From Patescibacteria group bacterium (GTDB taxonomy: Bacteria; Patescibacteriota; Patescibacteriia; Patescibacteriales; UBA12075), in the NCBI GenBank assembly GCA_034722035.1, contig JAYENK010000029.1, forward strand, positions 5,739-69,738: DNA of 64,000 nucleotides, given 5' to 3'. Below are positions 56,705 through 64,000 of the stretch, piece by piece; position 1 is the first letter of the stretch, and each line of letters begins with the position of its first letter. The notes under the pieces were generated by a model. It did not search any database, was not told where the DNA came from, and worked only from the letters and a program-made list of their open reading frames with translations. The position numbers were made by a program, and so were the translations under genes.

Positions 56705-57397
56705 ATGCCTGAAAATTACTCAGAACAAACCAATACACCAGAAGATTCTATTTCCGGTCATTTTGTTAAGCTAAAAACAAGTCAGAAGGTTGCTTTTGTA
56801 GTCCTGGCTTTTTTTGCTGTTTTTGTATTTGGCGCTTGGGTGGTTCAGCTGAAAAATAGCATAGTTTCGCCTTTGGCACGTCCCGCTGCGGTAGCGACTG
56901 ATAACTCAAATAACGCAAGTATTTGCACCGGCCCGAATTGTACTGACGGTACAATAGAAGAATTAAAAGCAAAAGACACAGACAAAGACGGATTAAATGA
57001 TTATGAGGAACTGGAAATATATAAAACTTCACCTTATTTAGAGGACAGTGACAGTGATGGTTTCAGTGATTACGAGGAAGTGCAGTCGGATAATGACCCC
57101 AATTGTCCGGATGGGGCAAATTGTGGTTCGGTTCCGGTGCCAAACAGTTCTAAAGAATTAATTGAGACTGATTTAAGTTTGCCGGAGCAGAATTTAGGCG
57201 TAGATCCATCGATTTTTGCCAAAGATAGCGTTGTACTCGAAAATATTTTACTCGGACAAAGCGATGTTGAATCTTTGCGCGCGCTTTTGCTTCAGTCCGG
57301 TATGGACGAAAATTTGCTTGGACAAATTAATGATAAGGATTTAATGAAATATTATGAAGATACGCTTAGTTCAATGAATGAGGCGAGCGTAAAGTAA
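56705..57397 (+). CDS. Membrane-anchored protein with DxDxDG (TSP3-like) calcium-binding repeats
   Basis: One TM helix; DTDKDGLNDYEE, DSDSDGFSDYEE, paired Cys. Confidence 0.8.
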   Translation: MPENYSEQTNTPEDSISGHFVKLKTSQKVAFVVLAFFAVFVFGAWVVQLKNSIVSPLARPAAVATDNSNNASICTGPNCTDGTIEELKAKDTDKDGLNDYEELEIYKTSPYLEDSDSDGFSDYEEVQSDNDPNCPDGANCGSVPVPNSSKELIETDLSLPEQNLGVDPSIFAKDSVVLENILLGQSDVESLRALLLQSGMDENLLGQINDKDLMKYYEDTLSSMNEASVK

Positions 57398-57425
57398 ATA
57401 AACAAATTCATAAAATTATATATAC

Positions 57426-60400
57426 ATGAAAAATTTTGTTAAGTTTAAAAAAAATATAACAGTTTTATTTACTTTAATGTTTTTGTTTGCAACTTGCTTG
57501 GTATTTGGTCCTAATGTTGTTTTCGCGGATTCTTTTTTTGATTCTTTCTTGGGTCCGCCGGCAATTGAGACAAAAGATACTAGGTTAAAAAGATTGATTA
57601 GTGGAATTGACAAAAGTAATAAAGCCAAGGAAAAAGAAGATAAAGTTAAGCAAAATCTTGGGTCTAAATTGTATTACAGCACTCTAAGTAAGGCCTTAGG
57701 TATGATTGCTTATGATACTGCTACTTGGATTGGTTCCGGTGGTGAGGGTCAAAAGCCATTGTTTATTAAGGAAGGCTGGAGAGAATATTTGGTGAATGTA
57801 AGCGATAATGCGGCTGGTAAATTTATAGAAACATTAGGGAAAGAAAACGGCTATCTTGAGTTTGATCTTTGTGAGCCAAGTTTTGCCGGTAAATTCTCAA
57901 TCAATTTGGGTCTTCATAGCAAGTACAGTGGTCGAGATAAGCCTGCCTGTACTTTTTCTGAAATGAGAGATAACTGGGAAGCTGAATTAAATCGTCCTGA
58001 TTTTTTAAGTCGGTTTAAAACCGTGTTTAAGCCAGAATCTAATGATGTTGGCATTGCTTTATCGGCTCACACTAAGATTATTGAAGAGCAGGCAATTAGC
58101 TTAAGGTTTAAATCGCTTGAGCGTGAGGAAGGTGATTCTTGGCTTGATGTGCGAGATATTGCCGGAGACCTAAAAAGTCCTCCTGGTTGGGCTAAACGAG
58201 AAGCCAATGATTTAAAAGGACCACTGATAGATAATTTTGGACAGATATCTGGTGATATTTTAGTTGACGCAGCTAACATATTTCTTAATCAATTAGCAAT
58301 TACTGCGATTAACAACTTGATGCGCTCGTTGGGGCGTGATTTAGATACTTATACTTCGCCTTATTCTTGGGATAATCCAGACGCCGGACCAATCCGGGGC
58401 GGAATAGTGGCCGCCAAAGAACGTTTCCGTAAAATTATTGAGCCGATATTCGATGTACGTGGAGATTATAATATTTTGAGCGAATTGTCAGTTTGTCCGG
58501 ATCCGAATAAAGCTGGTCCGACTAATTGTGTTTTGGACGATCAATTTCAAAGCGCGATTGAGGCTAAGTTAACTGTAGCGGAAGCGATGGAGGAGGGATA
58601 TCTAAAAAAAGACGGCGTGTTTGGGTTTTTGTCCGGGAACGATTTAGAGCCAAATTATATTGAGGGCTACCCTTATCGTAGTATGAAAATACTGCGCAAA
58701 TTTCGAATAATTCCGGTTGGTTGGGAATTAGCCGCGCAATATATCGCCGAGCACCCCGAGGACGTTGGCGGGGTTAAGACTTTGGAAGATTTAGTTGTTT
58801 GTTATGACGGCAATGACCCACATATCGGACAAGATGATTATCAAGAAGTTTGGTGTAAGGGTTTGGTTGATCCAAATTGGGTTTTAAAGGCGCCGCTTAA
58901 TTATTGTGGGCGTGAAGGTCCTGGTCCGGAGATAGTGAGCGAGGAAGTGCTCGGCAGTGGTGAAGATAGCTATTTATCTATTAAACGCAATGAAAATTAT
59001 TGCGCCGATGAGCAGGCTTGTATCCAGGAGAATCAGGATGGCTCTTGTGAATACTATGGTTATTGCACGGAAGAACGGCGCAAATGGGATTTTGACGGGG
59101 AAAGTTGTAATCCTTTATATAATACTTGTCAAACTTATCGTTCTAGCGGCGGACAAACCGTTTCTTATTTGAATAATACGTTAGACTATGGTTCTTGCGG
59201 CGCGGATAATGCCGGTTGTTTGGCTTATTGTGAGGAATACGATAATGTGAATAATTTTAAGTGTAATGGCGTGAATGACGCTATTTTGCGGGCTGACGCC
59301 GGCATTGAAGCTTGCGATTATTCGAGCGAAGGATGTCATGAATTTATCCGTTTTAAACCAGGACTTGGTTCTAATTTACTTATTAATTCAAGTTTTGAAG
59401 ATTATGATGGAATTGCCAATAATGATGACGGAGGAAATATTGATAATGTGGCTGAGATTGGTCTAGGGGATTGGGAAATAATAAGTGAAGCCTATATTGG
59501 GAATTCTGCTTTACATTTAATGGGTGTTCTTGATTTAAGTGATGTTTTTGGACCAGATAGTTGGATGGTTGGCGGGCAAGGTTATACTTTTTCTTTTTAT
59601 GCAAAAGATTGTAGTGCCAATGCTGATGATACCGCTGGTTTGGGCGTGAATGGAGACGATGAAACAATCACAATTGCCTCTCATCCGGATTGGCGTTTTT
59701 ACACTTTGTCCAAGGTTTTTTCGGATGATGTTAATACTCCGACTCTAAATATTAAGTTTAATATAAATGACACTTGTGATATTGACGGGTTAAAATTAGA
59801 AATGGGAGCTGAGGCAACTGTTTGGAGTGACTACAGGGATAATGGTTTGGTTTATCAAAAATTAGCGCCGGATCATTTGACTTGTGATGGAGATAGTGAT
59901 CCATCAGAATGTAGTCGTTTTGTGCGAGAATGCACAATTGGTGAGTTTGGCTGCGATCTTTATACAGCGCAGTCCGATGGGATGACTATTCCGGCTCGAG
60001 TGGCGAATGATGATTATTGTCCGGGAGCGTGTGTTGGTTATGACGAATATGTTCAGCGTTCAAGTAGTTTTGATTCGGAAACACTTAAAAAAATTATTCC
60101 AAATACAGCCAGAAATTGCAACGCGCAGGCGGTTGGCTGTGATGAATTTACTAATTTAGATAGAATCGGTGAGGGTGCAGAAGCGCGTGAGTATTATAGC
60201 GAGCTTAAACAGTGTGTGATTGAAACCGAGGAAACACCTAATCCGGATTGTAGCGCTTTTTATACTTGGGAAGGAAGTTCGGAAACCGGTTATCAACTCA
60301 GGGTATTTAGACTCAAGGCGGATGGAAGTGGAGAGCCGATTTTGACTAATAACGGGCTATACAATGATTTGGATTGTGCATCAACGACGTATGATTTGGA

Positions 60401-63400
60401 AATAAATCCAATGTGCCGTGAGTTCTATGATCCAAGCGGAGAACGTTTCTATGAGTTTTTACCCTATGTGATTACTTGCAGTAATAATTGCCATCCTTAT
60501 CGGCGTAGTGTTAAAAATATTTTACCCAGTATAGTCGAGGCTTTTGCTCTTTGCCAGTCTGATTGTGGCGGTAATCCATTGTGTTTAGTAGAATGTAGTA
60601 ATACAGATGACTGTAATATTGACAGCGGAAGCAGAATATGCGAGTTTGACGATGGAAAAGCGGTATATTGTAAAGATGGCGGTCTATGGCGGTACGACCA
60701 TCAATCTTGTCTTTATCAGGCGATTCCGGATGAGGGGGTAAAATGCAACGCAAGCGCGGCTGGTTGCCGTGAATATACCGGCCCTAGCGGGTATAATATC
60801 CGGCGATTGTTTGCAGATAATTTTGAGTCAGGTCATACCGATGATTGGACCGGTCTAAATACGATTGAACCCAGTAGCGAATCACTTTTGGTTGGTGGCC
60901 ATTCTCTTTATGTTAACAATCCCGGTGCGAGCACTTCTAAAGACGTACACACAATAGTACGGACAGGCAAAACTTATATTTTGCGTTTTATTGCACGTAG
61001 TCCGCTTGATCAAATAATAACAGCTTATTTTGCTTCCACCACTGCTTCGGGGGCTGATATTGCAACAACCAGTTTTAACGGTCAGGCTGAGATAGACTCT
61101 GAGTGGCAAATTTTTGAGCTTAATTCCAATATAATTGAGCGTGATATTTGGGGAGAGGAAGTGTTAATAATAGCGGGAACAGACGAATTTTATATTGATG
61201 ATATTCAATTAATTGAAGTAACGGACCGATATTATTTAATTACCGATCCTTGGAATACGCCGGATGTTTGTTATAAGGACATATTTGGCAATGGTCAAGG
61301 AGAGGATTTTAATCTTGGCTGTGAGATTTACATCGACAGGGACGATAATATTAATTATATTCATAGTTTTTCCAATTTATGCCAGGATGACGCGGTTGGC
61401 TGTGAGCTTATGATTGATACAAATAATTATGATGATAGCGCCAGTTCAACTTGGTTTGGTAGTGAGCAAGCAGATTGTGATGTTGCGATAAATGATGATT
61501 GTCGCGAAGTAGAGGAAGATGAATATAAATATGTAGTGTATAATTCGGATAAATTATGCAATTCTACAGAAAAAGGTTGCCAGCTTTTAGGCAGCCCATA
61601 TAATTATGAAGATACAACCCTATATTCGTCCGTATATTTGAAAAATGATCCTAATGAGTATGGTCGGATTTTATGTGAATATCAGGATGAAAATTGCGCG
61701 GCCTGGACTATGAATAATTCGTCTGATTATTTTAAAGATCCGGGGGATATGGTTTGTGAGTGGCGAACCGAAGCAAGTGGAAATATAAGTAATTCAGCCT
61801 GGTATAAAAAGAAAATTAAGCGTTGTGACGAGAATGATAATGGAAGTATTGAATTGCTTGAAACCAGTGTTTGTCAGAATGATAATGACTGTAGTGCTGG
61901 CTTTTGTATTCTTGATGAAAATAATCATCCTTGTGAGTTTGATAAGCTTAAAACAATTGGCTATGGCGGATATGGCAATGTAATTTCTCAGCCAACTATG
62001 GATGGCGATAATAATTGGGTCGGGCTTTGTCCGGCTGATGAATCCGGTTGCAGTGAATACATCGATCCAATCTCTCGTTTTAATCCAAACACTATATTTA
62101 ACGCGTCTTTTGCCGATCTTGATGGCGATGGCAATCCCGCTGATGGTTGGAGTGGTAGTTCGCAAAGAGTAGATGTTGAGCCTTATACCCTGTATCGATT
62201 TGGCGGAAAAGGTACCGGTGATTCGATTTTGGATTGTGACAATCCTATTTATTGGCTTTCGACAGACAATATGCTTAACGATACGACAAATCCGCGTACG
62301 TTTAATATTGGCGCTATCTATCAAAGTCGTTTAGTCTATACAGACTCTAATACTGTTTGTACAACATCGGTAGAAAATGCGACTGAAGTAGATGGTAGAG
62401 AAATTGAATTGCGTGAAGTTGTTGTTGATTATCAGCTTCAGCAAGAACTTGATCAAGGAAGTTGTACCGGTTTAGTGGAATATGATAATGGATGCGTTTT
62501 ATTTAATAAAAGAACTTTTGATAAAGATGGGTGCAATGAGCTTGATTCTGATGCGGATCATTCGATTGGCTCAACTACGTCCGCACCACCGGTGGCAGGA
62601 GTGGTTGACGCGGACAATGATTCAAATGTTGTTCTAAAAGTTACACCTAATCGGATCTGTGATAAATGGTTGGCCTGCAAATCATATGTAAAAGAAGATG
62701 AGGAAACTATTTGTTATGACCTTGGGCTTTGTGATAGTTTGAATCGGAGCGGTAACTGTGATTCCTTTGTTATAGAAAAGAAGAAAAATCAAAGTTACGC
62801 ACTTTTTGATGGTGGGTATTTTGCCAATAAAAGCGGGTATTCGCTTAGTGGCTTAATGGACAGTCAATTTGAAACCGATTACTATCCTGTGGGAGAAATG
62901 GAGCAAGTTGGTAATGTTGCTCAAGTGGCGAATGGGGGTTTTGAAGTTTACGGTGATAATAATTATCCGATAAGCTGGATGCCTGTTAATTCCAGTTGGG
63001 ACGAAAATGATTTTCGCGTAATTAGCAATCCTTTTGGCTCTGAAAGAGAGAGTATTGAACGCGCCCTCAAAGGCAGAAGTTTCTTAAAACTCGGTTTTAG
63101 CCATATGGCCGTTTCCGAATTCATTAACGTGGAGCAGAATACGGAATATACCCTTTCCGCTTTTATTAATACCATAAATTTGTATGAAGGCGAGGCCAGG
63201 ATCAGCGTTCAAAAATATGATTGTTCCGGTTCTAGGCAGGGTGGTAGCTTTGATGTTCACGGCGCATCTTTGTCGTCAGGAGAAAAATGGACATTTGTTT
63301 CGGGACGATTTAATATTTTAGGAACGGCAAATCGGATCAAGTTAACCTTGTATGTCGATTCACCCGGGGACGTAGAAGGAAATTTTTATTTTGATGATAT

Positions 63401-64000
63401 AAAATTGCGTCCGGCTCTAAATGTACGAGATATTATTGCTAGTGGAAACACTCAATATGTTTCTCAGACTTGCCGCTTATATCCAAAAGATGATGCTTTG
63501 TCTTGTGAATATTTTGAGGAATCGGGCATTAAAAATAAAGGCATATACGGTTATTGTCTGGAATATGATCGCGCGCCCGGTTCTAAGGACACTTGCATTT
63601 TGTGGTATCCGGTGGACAGGGTTAAAGGTGATGGGATTGAAGGGGGGGCTGGTTATAACGGGAAAATGCCGGTTTATTATTGTACAGACGCAATTCCTAT
63701 TTTTGGTTTTCAAGGAGAATGGAAAGATTGGCTTGTTCCGAAGGGTGGGAGTTGTGGTGACATTATTATAAATAACGATCGTTTTAACGCGTATATGAAT
63801 ACGGATGAACCAGATGGATTGACTGGTGGTGGATGCGACGGTGATTACGGCGGTCTTCGCAATCGTCCTCCAGGTTGGGGTGGGGGCACGTTTAATGATT
63901 GTCCAGGAAATTGTGCTGATACCAGGCAAAGCGACTATCTTTTGCCTAGTCCAATAACTACAGATGCAAACGACAGATCATGGTATTATTTATCTTTTTA
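57426..64000 (+). CDS. Giant Cys-rich secreted/surface protein with CBM-like modules, 3' end outside the window
   Basis: Signal peptide MKNFVK...VVFA, then IAYDTATWIGSGGEGQKPLF. The same frame is open at spot checks near 60000, 62040 and 63960. Motifs NLLINSSFED, NGGFE, FYFDDI and many Cys. About 2190 codons or more. Confidence 0.85.
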   Translation, partial: MKNFVKFKKNITVLFTLMFLFATCLVFGPNVVFADSFFDSFLGPPAIETKDTRLKRLISGIDKSNKAKEKEDKVKQNLGSKLYYSTLSKALGMIAYDTATWIGSGGEGQKPLFIKEGWREYLVNVSDNAAGKFIETLGKENGYLEFDLCEPSFAGKFSINLGLHSKYSGRDKPACTFSEMRDNWEAELNRPDFLSRFKTVFKPESNDVGIALSAHTKIIEEQAISLRFKSLEREEGDSWLDVRDIAGDLKSPPGWAKREANDLKGPLIDNFGQISGDILVDAANIFLNQLAITAINNLMRSLGRDLDTYTSPYSWDNPDAGPIRGGIVAAKERFRKIIEPIFDVRGDYNILSELSVCPDPNKAGPTNCVLDDQFQSAIEAKLTVAEAMEEGYLKKDGVFGFLSGNDLEPNYIEGYPYRSMKILRKFRIIPVGWELAAQYIAEHPEDVGGVKTLEDLVVCYDGNDPHIGQDDYQEVWCKGLVDPNWVLKAPLNYCGREGPGPEIVSEEVLGSGEDSYLSIKRNENYCADEQACIQENQDGSCEYYGYCTEERRKWDFDGESCNPLYNTCQTYRSSGGQTVSYLNNTLDYGSCGADNAGCLAYCEEYDNVNNFKCNGVNDAILRADAGIEACDYSSEGCHEFIRFKPGLGSNLLINSSFEDYDGIANNDDGGNIDNVAEIGLGDWEIISEAYIGNSALHLMGVLDLSDVFGPDSWMVGGQGYTFSFYAKDCSANADDTAGLGVNGDDETITIASHPDWRFYTLSKVFSDDVNTPTLNIKFNINDTCDIDGLKLEMGAEATVWSDYRDNGLVYQKLAPDHLTCDGDSDPSECSRFVRECTIGEFGCDLYTAQSDGMTIPARVANDDYCPGACVGYDEYVQRSSSFDSETLKKIIPNTARNCNAQAVGCDEFTNLDRIGEGAEAREYYSELKQCVIETEETPNPDCSAFYTWEGSSETGYQLRVFRLKADGSGEPILTNNGLYNDLDCASTTYDLEINPMCREFYDPSGERFYEFLPYVITCSNNCHPYRRSVKNILPSIVEAFALCQSDCGGNPLCLVECSNTDDCNIDSGSRICEFDDGKAVYCKDGGLWRYDHQSCLYQAIPDEGVKCNASAAGCREYTGPSGYNIRRLFADNFESGHTDDWTGLNTIEPSSESLLVGGHSLYVNNPGASTSKDVHTIVRTGKTYILRFIARSPLDQIITAYFASTTASGADIATTSFNGQAEIDSEWQIFELNSNIIERDIWGEEVLIIAGTDEFYIDDIQLIEVTDRYYLITDPWNTPDVCYKDIFGNGQGEDFNLGCEIYIDRDDNINYIHSFSNLCQDDAVGCELMIDTNNYDDSASSTWFGSEQADCDVAINDDCREVEEDEYKYVVYNSDKLCNSTEKGCQLLGSPYNYEDTTLYSSVYLKNDPNEYGRILCEYQDENCAAWTMNNSSDYFKDPGDMVCEWRTEASGNISNSAWYKKKIKRCDENDNGSIELLETSVCQNDNDCSAGFCILDENNHPCEFDKLKTIGYGGYGNVISQPTMDGDNNWVGLCPADESGCSEYIDPISRFNPNTIFNASFADLDGDGNPADGWSGSSQRVDVEPYTLYRFGGKGTGDSILDCDNPIYWLSTDNMLNDTTNPRTFNIGAIYQSRLVYTDSNTVCTTSVENATEVDGREIELREVVVDYQLQQELDQGSCTGLVEYDNGCVLFNKRTFDKDGCNELDSDADHSIGSTTSAPPVAGVVDADNDSNVVLKVTPNRICDKWLACKSYVKEDEETICYDLGLCDSLNRSGNCDSFVIEKKKNQSYALFDGGYFANKSGYSLSGLMDSQFETDYYPVGEMEQVGNVAQVANGGFEVYGDNNYPISWMPVNSSWDENDFRVISNPFGSERESIERALKGRSFLKLGFSHMAVSEFINVEQNTEYTLSAFINTINLYEGEARISVQKYDCSGSRQGGSFDVHGASLSSGEKWTFVSGRFNILGTANRIKLTLYVDSPGDVEGNFYFDDIKLRPALNVRDIIASGNTQYVSQTCRLYPKDDALSCEYFEESGIKNKGIYGYCLEYDRAPGSKDTCILWYPVDRVKGDGIEGGAGYNGKMPVYYCTDAIPIFGFQGEWKDWLVPKGGSCGDIIINNDRFNAYMNTDEPDGLTGGGCDGDYGGLRNRPPGWGGGTFNDCPGNCADTRQSDYLLPSPITTDANDRSWYYLSF

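Noticed and set aside
57416-63929. Short ORFs listed in the track across the last 6.5 kb
   Set aside because: Alternative-frame or antisense shadows of the single giant + strand ORF starting at 57426.
1-64000. DGR template repeat, avd gene or intact RT elsewhere in the window
   Set aside because: By eye I found no second copy of the VR or its 3' end and no YxDD-containing RT ORF. A computed self-alignment is needed to be certain.

Overview
AT-rich core-genome window that looks like a Patescibacteria (CPR, Parcubacteria/ABY1-like) chromosome using genetic code 11. The taxonomy is an inference from the missing rpmD, short C+ L28, CPR-type pilins and surface proteins, and near absence of Shine-Dalgarno motifs. 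It holds the str, S10 and spc ribosomal clusters through secY, rpoB-rpoC, leuS, rsmA, ruvA, map, cell-wall genes (FemAB-like, MurE-like), two histidine kinases with REC-only partners, a four-subunit pyruvate:ferredoxin oxidoreductase operon split by toxin-antitoxin and pilin genes, and the first ~2190 codons of a giant Cys-rich secreted protein. Best findings: (1) a ~1.2-kb island between the fem and murE genes that looks like a decayed diversity-generating retroelement (DGR), with an intact target gene ending in a GC-rich, A-poor variable region, a 3' hairpin, and a stop-interrupted C-terminal reverse-transcriptase remnant, but no template repeat seen in the window; (2) dispersed 7-nt-period tandem repeats, both between genes and in-frame inside essential genes; (3) structured RNA leaders before rpsL, rpsG and tuf. 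All calls were made by eye from the sequence and the ORF track; no database search was run.
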